A stretch of 64,000 bases of DNA from Bacteroidales bacterium (GTDB taxonomy: Bacteria > Bacteroidota > Bacteroidia > Bacteroidales > VadinHA17): contig JARGFQ010000005.1 in NCBI GenBank assembly GCA_029210565.1, positions 675 to 64,674 on the forward strand, read 5' to 3'. Within the stretch, counting starts at the first letter, position 1, and each line of letters begins with the position of its first letter. Shown piece after piece: positions 39,380-48,830 of the stretch. The notes below the pieces were generated by a model, which did no database searches, was not told the DNA's origin, and saw only the letters and a list, made by a program, of their open reading frames with translations. The position numbers were made by a program, and so were the translations under genes.

Positions 39380-40621
39380 ATGAAAAAGTTATTACTGTTA
39401 ATTGTAGTTCTCATCTGCCTGGGACCGCCGGCTTTGGCCCAGGATGAAGACAAGGGGTGGGGGATAAAGGTCTCGGGATTCGTGAAGACGGATATCTTTT
39501 ATGATACCAGGCAGTCTACCGCCTCAAACGGCCTCAGGGAGGGACATTTTTACCTCTATCCCGACAATGTGCTTTATGACGAGGATATGAACGATCTCAA
39601 TGCCAACCCTTCGTTTCATATTCTGAACATACAAACCAGGGTCAGGGGTGATATCAAAGGCCCTGACGCCTTCGGTGCGAGGACATCGGGAGCCATCGAG
39701 GCCGAGTTCTTCGGAACGGGCGAGAGTGACATCAACGGCTTCAGGCTGCGGCATTCCTATGTTAAGATGGAGTGGCCCAAGGTGACACTTCTGGCCGGCC
39801 AGTACTGGCATCCCATGTTTCCGGCAGAGAATTTTCCCGGTACTGTCAGCTTTAACACAGGAGCGCCTTTCGTTCCCTTCAGTCGTAATCCGCAGGTAAG
39901 GTTTGTGTACAATCCCGGCACTTTTCTTAGCCTGACTATGGTGGCATACTCTCAGCGCGACTTCACCTCGTCGGGCCCGGACGGCAACAGCAGCAAATAT
40001 ATCAGGAACAGCGGAAGGCCCGGGATGCATCTGCAGTTCAGGCTGCCGGCCGGGGATAATCTGACAGCCTGGGGTGGGGTGGATTATAAGGTTTTGAGGC
40101 CAGAGATAAAGACTTCCGCCAATATTGAGACCGATGCCACCGTGGGAAGCCTGTCTGCCTTTGCCTCACTGAAGCTGAAGGCCGGGCCGGTGAATCTGTC
40201 AGTCATGGGAGTATACGCAGAGAACGGAAGTGATATGGTGATGATAGGAGGCTATGCAGCTACGGGTACTCCTGATCCTGTTGATCTCTCCAGGGAGTGG
40301 ACCACCCTTAATACCGCCTCCTTCTGGGCTGACATCAGTACAACTGTCAATAAGACCCACCTGGGCATCTTCTCAGGCTATTGCAAGAACCTCGGGGCGA
40401 AGGAACCGGTTGACGGAGACTTTTTCGGCAGGGGGAGTAATATAGATCATCTCTTCAGGCTCTCTCCGAGGATTATGGTTACGGAAGGCAAGCTGAGCAT
40501 TGCTGCTGAGCTTGAGAACACCCTGGCTGCTTACGGAACGACGCAGCCTGACGGCAGAGTGGCCGATACCGGCAGTGTCACCAATATGCGCCTGCTGCTC
40601 AGTTTCATCTACCGTTTTTAG
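39380..40621 (+). CDS. Outer-membrane porin-like beta-barrel
   Basis: It has a signal peptide MKKLLLLIVVLICLGPPALAQ, alternating strands, and a C-terminal ...LLLSFIYRF with terminal Phe. Confidence 0.7.
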   Translation: MKKLLLLIVVLICLGPPALAQDEDKGWGIKVSGFVKTDIFYDTRQSTASNGLREGHFYLYPDNVLYDEDMNDLNANPSFHILNIQTRVRGDIKGPDAFGARTSGAIEAEFFGTGESDINGFRLRHSYVKMEWPKVTLLAGQYWHPMFPAENFPGTVSFNTGAPFVPFSRNPQVRFVYNPGTFLSLTMVAYSQRDFTSSGPDGNSSKYIRNSGRPGMHLQFRLPAGDNLTAWGGVDYKVLRPEIKTSANIETDATVGSLSAFASLKLKAGPVNLSVMGVYAENGSDMVMIGGYAATGTPDPVDLSREWTTLNTASFWADISTTVNKTHLGIFSGYCKNLGAKEPVDGDFFGRGSNIDHLFRLSPRIMVTEGKLSIAAELENTLAAYGTTQPDGRVADTGSVTNMRLLLSFIYRF

Positions 40622-43479
40622 ATGGTCACGGAGTGGAAGTCGTTGCCTGCCTTAAGCATAAGCTCGTTAATATCATCTATTGCCAGGGCAGCCGCAAATT
40701 GACTGTCGGCCTGCCTGACCCTGAAGTCAACCCTGTTGTTGGGTTCACGGCCGCTGCTTATACAGGCAGCCTGATGTGTGAGACGTATATATGAAAGCTC
40801 TTTCCATGCCCGTACCGCCCTCCGAAGCAGGTCATGACTGATATGGTTGCCATCGTGAAGCCCTAGAATCCTGTCGACTGTTGAATGGCTGTCAAGACCG
40901 TGCCTGAGGGCATAGAGACGGATGACTCCCGTCAGGGCCATAAGCAGTCTCTTGATATCTGTTGTCTCTTCCGCAATAACCGAGTGTGATGGATTGAACT
41001 GTCTCAGTGCCGTAGACATATGATAGAAAAAAATATCTCCGGCCTGAAGGCTGGTCTTGACGTAGTCCCTCAGCTCGCCGCAGAGAGCCTCATCCCCAAA
41101 GCAAAACCGGAAGTCGAAGAAAATAGATATATCAAGTATCTCTGAAGGTCCGGGCATCCTGATCCAGTCAGCAAAATAGCCTTTCCAGACGTCGAGAGGC
41201 TGGCACCATTTCGGATTCCCGGCCATATTGTCGCCTTTGCAGAGAGAGAACCCGACCGTGTCAAGCATCACATTGACCCTCTTGCCGAGGGCAGGAAAGT
41301 AATTTGCAGCTTCCTTAAGCTTTTCTCCCCGGAGGTTTTCAACTATTATTGCGTTATCCTGATCTGTCACGAAGCTCTGTTCCCGGCGTCCTGCGCTGCC
41401 TGTCTGGATAAGTGAGAATCGGCACGGTGGTTTGCCCGTCTCACCGATGGCGAGCTCCGTCACCCTCTGGCAGATGGCGTCAGCAACGGATGAGATAGTT
41501 AGTGATACCGCGTACGGATCTGCCCTTGCCTGCAGCATGGCGAGAGAGGCTCTCCGGCTTTCCCTGTAGATCTTTCTGAGACCCTCGACTGAGGCTGCCG
41601 CAGCTATTTCATCAAGGATAAGCTCCGGGGTTATTGCGGCTGCATGAGCCAGATCACGGTCAGTGACCATCCCCGTCACCCTCTCTTCCGGACCGGTAAT
41701 GAGGAGGCACCCGTCGGGGCTGTTGCGTATCCGGTCCTGGGCTGCAGCGACTGTTGCATCACCCCTTATAAATAGCGGTGGCGAATGCATGACCCTGAAG
41801 ATCTCATGGCCGGACTGCATACCCCCGGCCATACCATAACCCATCGAAGCTGCATCAGCTATGCCCAGGGGCTCTCCGTTACTGTTCACAACAATGATAA
41901 CACCGGTGTCATTCTCTTTCATCAGGGCGAAGACACGTTCAAGAGGGGTGTTCTCACCGCATGACACCGCAGGCTTCATGATTGCTGAGACGGGGGCCCC
42001 GCTTATATATGAGGCACCAAACGGATCATATCCCGAGAGTGGCAATCCGGATCCTGAAGCTGAGGCTGCGAGGAGCTCAACAGTGCCATCACACCAGGTA
42101 TCATCTGTCCCTGCCCTGACAACCGTGAGGCTCACCAGTGCGCGAAACTCCGTACCGTCTCTCCTTCTGAGAAGCACCTCCCTGTTAAACAAATGATTCT
42201 CCCTCTGGAGCATCTCTCTGAGGTTCTCCATCTGCCTGGCATCGGCAAAAAGGGAATCAACATCCTGTTTTTGCAGTTCGCGGAGATCATTAAAGCCTAA
42301 TAATTCCAGTGCGGGGAGGGTAGCATTAATGAACCGCGGGTTTCTGGCATATGTCGTGCGGAAGAAACCAGTACCGGCACTGTCAAGCAGTGAGACCGGC
42401 AGTTGCATGGCTGATGCCGAGGCATGGCTCGCTGCGGGGCGGATAACAATCAGAACCGCATTACGGTCGCCGAGAGTCAGCCTGGAAAAATCTGCATGGC
42501 AGTTGACCGGACTGCCGGTTTCTGTTTTGAGCATGCAGACCGTGTATTGCCTTGCAGTAAGTTCCTCCCAGAGTTTCTGAGGACCATCGGCGTCTTTGAT
42601 AACATCACATTCAAGGATATCGGGCAGATTGCGGTTCAGAAGCTCATCCTCACTGAGTCCGATCCATGAGAGCAATGTCTTGTTTGCCTGCAGCCCACTG
42701 TCTGACCATATTATCACTCCTTCAGATGCTGCCTCGGCCAGTGTCCTGTACAGTTCTCTTGATTTTCTCAGCTCATCTTCAGCCCTGCTTCTCTTCTGCT
42801 CAATCATATGGCTCTGCCGTGACATGGCAAGCAGCAGTGCCATGATCACCAGTCCGAAAATTCCGGATATTGCTACTGCCCTGATCTCGATCCTGCGGAT
42901 CTCATCCCTGACATCGTCGACATAGATGCCTGTTCCGATGACCCACTCCCACGGTTCAAACAGTCTGACATATGACAGCTTAGGGACTATGCGGGTGGAA
43001 TCATCATTCCATTGCCACATATACTCTACATAACTCTCACCGGTTTCAGCCACGGCCTCAACAAACTCAATAAAAATTGCCTTACCCTTTGAGTCCTCTA
43101 TTCCCGTCAGGTCCTGTCCGTTGAGGTCGGGACGGTAGGGATGGGTTATCATCACGGGCTGCCTGTCAGTGATCCAGAAATAATCCTTGAGGTCCTCTCC
43201 GTACCTGATGTTATCGACGGCTCTTCTGGCCTGTTCCTGCGCCCCGGTTCTGTCAACGGTTCCCGCGCTCTCAAGCGAGTGGTAGTGTTCCAGCAGGCTG
43301 TAGACAGAGGCGGCCATCTCATGAATAAGGTGTCTCTTCCGCTCCATCATTACTTTCTCAAAACCCGGAATCAGGTAGAGGAAGATCATACCGGCAAAAA
43401 GAATAAAAGCCAGCAGGGCAGGGAGATCAACCTTAGCCAGAAAGATCTTTCTTTTTCCCTTTGAGGCTTTCTCTCTCAT
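40618..43479 (-). CDS. Membrane sensor: Cache - TM - PAS - CBS pair - DUF294 nucleotidyltransferase + DUF294_C
   Basis: There is a Cache-like periplasmic block (YFWITDRQPVMITHPYRPDLNGQDL...EPWEWVIGTGIYVDDV) between two TMs, then PAS-like regions and a CBS pair. The Pol-beta NTase motif is LIQTGSAGRREQSFVTDQDNAIIV, followed by a substrate-binding helical domain. Confidence 0.75.
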   Translation of the reverse strand: MREKASKGKRKIFLAKVDLPALLAFILFAGMIFLYLIPGFEKVMMERKRHLIHEMAASVYSLLEHYHSLESAGTVDRTGAQEQARRAVDNIRYGEDLKDYFWITDRQPVMITHPYRPDLNGQDLTGIEDSKGKAIFIEFVEAVAETGESYVEYMWQWNDDSTRIVPKLSYVRLFEPWEWVIGTGIYVDDVRDEIRRIEIRAVAISGIFGLVIMALLLAMSRQSHMIEQKRSRAEDELRKSRELYRTLAEAASEGVIIWSDSGLQANKTLLSWIGLSEDELLNRNLPDILECDVIKDADGPQKLWEELTARQYTVCMLKTETGSPVNCHADFSRLTLGDRNAVLIVIRPAASHASASAMQLPVSLLDSAGTGFFRTTYARNPRFINATLPALELLGFNDLRELQKQDVDSLFADARQMENLREMLQRENHLFNREVLLRRRDGTEFRALVSLTVVRAGTDDTWCDGTVELLAASASGSGLPLSGYDPFGASYISGAPVSAIMKPAVSCGENTPLERVFALMKENDTGVIIVVNSNGEPLGIADAASMGYGMAGGMQSGHEIFRVMHSPPLFIRGDATVAAAQDRIRNSPDGCLLITGPEERVTGMVTDRDLAHAAAITPELILDEIAAAASVEGLRKIYRESRRASLAMLQARADPYAVSLTISSVADAICQRVTELAIGETGKPPCRFSLIQTGSAGRREQSFVTDQDNAIIVENLRGEKLKEAANYFPALGKRVNVMLDTVGFSLCKGDNMAGNPKWCQPLDVWKGYFADWIRMPGPSEILDISIFFDFRFCFGDEALCGELRDYVKTSLQAGDIFFYHMSTALRQFNPSHSVIAEETTDIKRLLMALTGVIRLYALRHGLDSHSTVDRILGLHDGNHISHDLLRRAVRAWKELSYIRLTHQAACISSGREPNNRVDFRVRQADSQFAAALAIDDINELMLKAGNDFHSVTI

Positions 43480-44258
43480 GATAGTGCCTGTGTTACTTTT
43501 TCATGCATAATATACAACATCCGGGTTTCCGTATCTATCACCGAGAAGGAAGTTCTTCCGTTGCCTCCCGTCAGGGGAGGCAGCAGCATCATGGTCATCT
43601 CGTGTCCGAGGAAGATCTTGTCACCGGGGACAGGGTGCAGTGCCTTCACAAACGGAAGTGGTCCGCGGTGCGAGAAGTAGGCAAACGGTTTGTGTGAATG
43701 GCCCGACAGGGAGAAAGAGACACTGTGATGATGCATGAATTTCCACAGCTCCTTTATATGGTGTTGCCGTGCAACATACCTGGTGGTTGAGCCGGTAAAG
43801 TCAGGACAAACGTAGTGCGACAGGAGCAGCGTCATCCCGTTCTCTGAGACAATCTCATATTCAGGTATCGTATTGAGAAAGGTGATCTCCTCATCTTCCA
43901 GGTCATTAGGGTCTTCGCCTTCAAATGACCAGACGAGGCCTGCCGATGCCTCTCTTCTCTCTGAAGGGGTCATTCTGAACCATTGATCAGGATATTTGTG
44001 TCCGTTTGACCATGATGGCAGCCTGGAAGCAGCGAAGAGATCATGATTGCCGGCCACCACCCAGCGGCAGTTTGATCTGACAAGAGATACGCACTGCCTG
44101 GCGCTTCTTCGGAAGTGGTAATTAAAGAACCTGTTGTCATAACCAGTGATGTCACCCAGGCAGGTCAGCTCATCGCATCCCTGGGCATCAGCCACCCTGA
44201 GAACAGCCTCAAGCATTGACACATTTTCGTGTATATCAGTGATTATGCCAATTTTCAT
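43476..44258 (-). CDS. Calcineurin-like metallophosphoesterase
   Basis: The ATG at 44258 gives MKIGIITDIHEN. Motifs include GDITGYD, GNHD and GHSH. Its stop overlaps the start of the DUF294 gene (ATGA). Confidence 0.8.
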   Translation of the reverse strand: MKIGIITDIHENVSMLEAVLRVADAQGCDELTCLGDITGYDNRFFNYHFRRSARQCVSLVRSNCRWVVAGNHDLFAASRLPSWSNGHKYPDQWFRMTPSERREASAGLVWSFEGEDPNDLEDEEITFLNTIPEYEIVSENGMTLLLSHYVCPDFTGSTTRYVARQHHIKELWKFMHHHSVSFSLSGHSHKPFAYFSHRGPLPFVKALHPVPGDKIFLGHEMTMMLLPPLTGGNGRTSFSVIDTETRMLYIMHEKVTQALS

Positions 44259-44408
44259 CTCTTCCGGATGATGAACGTGCCTCCTCCGGCACAAATAATA
44301 AAGACCAATTTACGCACATTTGCCGGAATAGTATCCTCTTTAGCCGGCTGAGGCAATAAAATTGAAAATATCAGTATACTTGTACAATTTATTTGACGAT
44401 CACTGCCA

Positions 44409-45281
44409 ATGAAACGCGATTACTCTGCCTTCTGTGACAGGGGAGCAACCTGGATTGAGGAGTATGTCTCTCTTCCCACCGGTGTGCAGCTGCGGTCAGT
44501 CACCTTCACCCCGGCTGTGCCGTCGGCGGCTCCGCCGGTGATTTTTATACCGGGTATGGGGTCGATAATTGAAAATTTCAGGGAAACAGTCATTGAACTG
44601 ACTCGTAGTCATACTGTTTTTTACATTGAGACAAGAGAGAAGGCAAGTGCCCGTATCAGCAGGAAGCACAGGTTCAGTGTTGAGGATATCACAACAGACA
44701 TAATTCACTATGCCGGGTATAAATTCCCTGACGGCGGGAGGTATGTTATGGCAGGCTATTCACTGGGAGCCACGGTCATAGCAGAGGCATTCGGGTGTCT
44801 GGACAACAAGCCGGGGAAAATCATTCTTATTGAGCCCAACAGCTCCTTCCCGTTTCACGGCTCTCTGGCGCTGCTCTCACGGGCAGCGGGAATCGTCTAT
44901 CGCCCTGTGAAGCCTCTGCTCAAGTGGTACCTGCGACGTTTCAGGATAAACCTCGACGAGGATCCCGAGATGTACCACATCAACTGCCGCATACTCGATT
45001 CCGCAGAGCCGGTGCGCCTGGGGGCGGCTGTCAGGCACCTCTCCCCTTACCGCATGGACGGATGCCTGCAGCAGATATCAGCTCCGACGCTGGTTGTTGT
45101 TGCCTCAAGCGACAGGTTTCACAGTCATGACGGGGGTACTGATATTGCCCAACGCATTGCCAACGCAGATTACCTGGACATGGTCGACAACAAGCGGACG
45201 CACAGCGCCGAGATGGGCCGGGTGATAACGGAGTTTATTTCTTCTCCGGCACAAATACCAGCTCCAGCAGGTCAGCCTTAG
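44409..45281 (+). CDS. Alpha/beta hydrolase
   Basis: The nucleophile elbow is AGYSLGA, and the length and topology fit the fold. The last 47 nt overlap the convergent M16 gene. Confidence 0.7.
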   Translation: MKRDYSAFCDRGATWIEEYVSLPTGVQLRSVTFTPAVPSAAPPVIFIPGMGSIIENFRETVIELTRSHTVFYIETREKASARISRKHRFSVEDITTDIIHYAGYKFPDGGRYVMAGYSLGATVIAEAFGCLDNKPGKIILIEPNSSFPFHGSLALLSRAAGIVYRPVKPLLKWYLRRFRINLDEDPEMYHINCRILDSAEPVRLGAAVRHLSPYRMDGCLQQISAPTLVVVASSDRFHSHDGGTDIAQRIANADYLDMVDNKRTHSAEMGRVITEFISSPAQIPAPAGQP

Positions 45282-48039
45282 CAAGCAGCTTTTTCACCAC
45301 TTTCCTTATATCCTTTGTTGTTAATTTGTTAAGGATATCCTCATAGTTTGCCGGATCATTCCTGTCGATGCCGTTCAGGTAGTAACCCTGTACGGCTTTG
45401 CCCCAGTAGCTGTTGTGTTCGCGCTCCTCCTCCCGGGTCTTGAGCATATTGCTGACGGCCTTTTCCAGATTGACCTGCGTTGGCCCGTTCCTGGACATAT
45501 CTGTCAGCTCCCTGTAAATGATCTCCTTAAGTTCAGCAGCTCTGTCAGGATCACACTCAAAGGCTATCAGGAGGGTTGTCTTCTCTTTCGGTCTCTTCTC
45601 TGATGACGCGTTCAGGCTGACACCGTATGTTCCGCCCTCCTCCTCACGCACCTTTTCTGTATAGACAAGGTCAAGAATATTCTTCAGTACATCCATCTTA
45701 AGGTAGTTCGAAGGGACGAATTTTGAGTCTGCACTGTAACTCATTATCACGGTAGCCTTGGGCACTGTGAGGGGAATGGCAATCTCCTTACTGACCGTGC
45801 CTTCCGGCTGGTCCATGCCGAGGTCCTTCCAGGTCTTGCTGCTCTGCTTCGAGGGTAGTGAACCGATGTACCTGGCTGCCATTTCCCGTGCCACCTCCTC
45901 TTCAATGTTGCCGGTGATGAAGAAGGTAAATGCCGAAGCGTCGTCGAATGCTGTCTGGTAAATATAATTCACATCATCGTAACTGATCAGTTTCATCGAC
46001 TCCGGGGTCATTAGGAATGTACGGGGGTGGTATCCTGTCATGTTCATCTGCAGACTGTCGGACATGATCTTGTTGGGATTCTTCTGCATAGCCGTTATCA
46101 CTGCAGTGTACCGTCCGATGATAGCGTCATAGGCTTCCCTGTTATAGTTGGGCCTGGCAAAACGGAGGTAGAGAAGCTGCATCATCGTCTCAAAGTCCTT
46201 CGGCGTCGAAGAGCCTGTGACGGTCTGCAATGTCTCCTGCAGCCCCAGTGAGACGGAAGCCTTCTTGCCTGCAAGCATCTTGGTAAGTGCCACGTTGTCA
46301 AACTCTCCTGCCCCGTACATCGAAATGACTACCGGGAACAATGAAAGTGAGGGTGCGAGGGAGTCGTGATAGAGTGATTCGCCACCAAAGGCAAACCCTG
46401 ACAGGGTTACATTGTCCTTTTCATAGTCAGCATGTCTGAAAATCACCTTTGCGCCGTTTGAGAGGGTCCACTCCGTAGCACTGAACCGGCCCAATGGGAC
46501 ACTCTTTATCACGTCGGCTCCGGGAAGAGCCTCACCAATAAGGTCTGTGCCTCCCGTCAGGTCTTCATAAGGTTTGATATCAGCAGCTTTAACTTTTCTT
46601 ACCAGTTCAAAGGCCTCAGCCTCGCTGAGATGGGTTCTGTCATCGGGGCCCTCCACAACTATGAAGCTGTTGTCGTCGGAGATAAGTCCCTGAAGCCTGG
46701 CGGAGACCTCTTCCAGGGTAATCTCCGGCACTATTTTCTTGTAATATTCGTATTGCAGGTCAAGAGAGGGTATCGGTTCGAATGTGAGAAAATGATTTCT
46801 TGCCTTCGATGCCCACCTGTCATTGCTTATCTTGTCCCTCTGCTTGTACATGTTCTCGAAATTGGAAAGCATAGTGGCTTTGGCTCTCTCCAGCTCACCT
46901 TTGGTGAAACCGTGTCTTCTTACTCTCTCAAGCTCCGTCAGTGCGGCTTCAAAGGCTTTTGCCTCCTGGTCTTCACGCACCGTTGCGGAGAGGACGAGGG
47001 CATTATAGTCCCTGGCGAGGAATGAGCCGTAGTTCAGTGATCCGTTAACAAAGGGAGGGGTTCCCTTCTGCACAATCTCGCTGAAGCGGCTACCCATCAT
47101 CCGGTTCATCAAGGCAACCACGTAACCGTCACGGATATAATGAATATCTTTTGCCCGCTGATCAGGTTCACGGTCGTGGGTGATAAGGCTCACCGAAGTC
47201 TCCGGAGCTTCAGGGTCGGTGATGAGAAGGTATTGGGTGCCCTGTTTGGGGACCAGCAGGTTCTGCGGCCTGGGAAGCGGGCTTTCAACTGCCGGTATAG
47301 GCGAGAAGATCTCCTTGATCTTTGCCTCGACAGTGTCAACGTCAACATCACCCACCACTGCTATAGCCTGCAGATCAGTGCGGTACCAATCGTGGTAGAA
47401 GTCGCGCAGTGTTTCCGGCTTAAAGTTTTTGATTACCGCAGTATCGCCGATAATATCCCTTACTGCATACTGCGATCCTTCGAAGAGTACGGGCAGCATC
47501 TGTGTCATCATCCTCCAGGAGGCGTCTCGCCGCGAACGCCACTCTTCCATAATAACGCCGCGTTCCTTGTCAATCTCATCTTCTTCAAGGAGAAGGAAGT
47601 CAGACCAGTCGGCGAGGATCATCAGGCTGGTGTCGATCAGTCCGGGCTTGTCTACCGGTACGTCACTCAGGTTATAGACCGTCTCATCAAAGCTTGTGTA
47701 GGCGTTGATATTACGGCCAAATGCCACGCCGTGGCGTTCAAGCGTGTTAAGAACGCCTTTTCCGGGGAAGTGATTCGTACCGTTGAATGCCATGTGCTCA
47801 AGAAAGTGGGCAAGGCCGTTTTGGTTATCCTTCTCCAGAATGGCTCCCACGTTCTGGATGATGTAGTAGCTGGCCCTGCCGGCAGGCTCCGTATTGTAAC
47901 GGATGTAATAGGTGAGGCCGTTGTCAAGCTTTCCGATACGGAAAGCGGGATCAGCGGGTACGGTATTATCCGTTGTGACCTGTGCTGTTGCATCGATAGC
48001 GACAAATGCAATGAAAAACAAAGAAATCAATCGTTTCAT
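45235..48039 (-). CDS. M16 (pitrilysin/insulinase) family zinc peptidase, two-module form
   Basis: It has a signal peptide and the inverted zinc motif GLAHFLEHMAFNGT (HxxEH). Confidence 0.9.
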   Translation of the reverse strand: MKRLISLFFIAFVAIDATAQVTTDNTVPADPAFRIGKLDNGLTYYIRYNTEPAGRASYYIIQNVGAILEKDNQNGLAHFLEHMAFNGTNHFPGKGVLNTLERHGVAFGRNINAYTSFDETVYNLSDVPVDKPGLIDTSLMILADWSDFLLLEEDEIDKERGVIMEEWRSRRDASWRMMTQMLPVLFEGSQYAVRDIIGDTAVIKNFKPETLRDFYHDWYRTDLQAIAVVGDVDVDTVEAKIKEIFSPIPAVESPLPRPQNLLVPKQGTQYLLITDPEAPETSVSLITHDREPDQRAKDIHYIRDGYVVALMNRMMGSRFSEIVQKGTPPFVNGSLNYGSFLARDYNALVLSATVREDQEAKAFEAALTELERVRRHGFTKGELERAKATMLSNFENMYKQRDKISNDRWASKARNHFLTFEPIPSLDLQYEYYKKIVPEITLEEVSARLQGLISDDNSFIVVEGPDDRTHLSEAEAFELVRKVKAADIKPYEDLTGGTDLIGEALPGADVIKSVPLGRFSATEWTLSNGAKVIFRHADYEKDNVTLSGFAFGGESLYHDSLAPSLSLFPVVISMYGAGEFDNVALTKMLAGKKASVSLGLQETLQTVTGSSTPKDFETMMQLLYLRFARPNYNREAYDAIIGRYTAVITAMQKNPNKIMSDSLQMNMTGYHPRTFLMTPESMKLISYDDVNYIYQTAFDDASAFTFFITGNIEEEVAREMAARYIGSLPSKQSSKTWKDLGMDQPEGTVSKEIAIPLTVPKATVIMSYSADSKFVPSNYLKMDVLKNILDLVYTEKVREEEGGTYGVSLNASSEKRPKEKTTLLIAFECDPDRAAELKEIIYRELTDMSRNGPTQVNLEKAVSNMLKTREEEREHNSYWGKAVQGYYLNGIDRNDPANYEDILNKLTTKDIRKVVKKLLAKADLLELVFVPEKK

Positions 48040-48087
48040 GATCAGACTATATTAGTATTTAAGACATTGACATGACTATGTAGTTAA

Positions 48088-48095
48088 CAAATTTA
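48088..48095 (-). promoter_or_regulatory. Candidate -7 box (TAAATTTG) for the M16 peptidase gene
   Basis: The plus-strand CAAATTTA lies 49 nt upstream of the ATG at 48039. Confidence 0.35.
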
Positions 48096-48142
48096 GAAAA
48101 ACCAACAACAGTGATAGTTTTTGTATCATTCTTAGCAAAAAA

Positions 48143-48757
48143 TCAGAACAGCCCGTGCAGTTCCGCATTGATTTTGTCAATGACCTCACTGAGGTGCTCC
48201 TTGTTTTCGGGGAAGTCGTAATAATCAGCTTCAAGAATGAGAAGTTTGCCGAATTTGTATGATTCGATCCATGCTTCATAGCGTTCATTAAGTCTCTTGA
48301 GATAGTCAAGCCTGATGGAGCTTTCATATTCTCGGCCCCGTTTCTGGATCTGGTTTACCAGTGTCGGCACCGAAGCCCGGAGGTAGAGTAGCAGATCGGG
48401 CGGTTCCACCAGGGAGCTCATCAGTTTGAATAGGGTGAAGTAGTTCTCAAAGTCGCGCGTTGACATAAGACCCATGGCGTGAAGGTTGGGGGCAAAGATG
48501 TAAGCATCTTCGTATATGGTTCGGTCCTGAACAATGGTGTTCTCAGCCTTCTTGATCTCGAGGATCTGGCTGAAGCGCGAGTTCAGGAAATATATCTGGA
48601 GGTTGAATGACCATCTCTGCATGTCCTCATAGAAATCATTGAGGTACGGATTTTCGTCAACATCTTCATAATGAGGCTGCCAGCCGTAGTGTTTTGCGAG
48701 CAGTCCGGCCAGTGTCGTCTTTCCTGACCCGATGTTTCCAGCTATTGCTATATGCAT
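48143..48757 (-). CDS. Deoxynucleoside kinase
   Basis: The P-loop is IAIAGNIGSGKTTL, a DRTIYED (ERS-like) motif is present, and the length is 204 aa. Confidence 0.85.
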   Translation of the reverse strand: MHIAIAGNIGSGKTTLAGLLAKHYGWQPHYEDVDENPYLNDFYEDMQRWSFNLQIYFLNSRFSQILEIKKAENTIVQDRTIYEDAYIFAPNLHAMGLMSTRDFENYFTLFKLMSSLVEPPDLLLYLRASVPTLVNQIQKRGREYESSIRLDYLKRLNERYEAWIESYKFGKLLILEADYYDFPENKEHLSEVIDKINAELHGLF

Positions 48758-48830
48758 AAAAAGAAGATTAAATCAGAGTTTAAATATAGGAAAAAGGGAG
48801 GGAGAAGAGGCGTCTGTTAATAAAAAGATT

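Noticed and set aside
44300-44312. Possible third copy of the AGACCAAT box (TAAAGACCAATTTA), and ACATAACCAATTTTT at 13511..13525
   Set aside because: Only the 8-9-nt core matches. There is no flanking hairpin and the spacing to a start codon differs.
45235-45281. 47-nt overlap of the convergent 3' ends of the alpha/beta hydrolase and M16 peptidase genes
   Set aside because: The hydrolase tail (SSPAQIPAPAGQP) looks like an unconstrained extension. Convergent 3' overlaps of this size occur by chance and do not need a special explanation.
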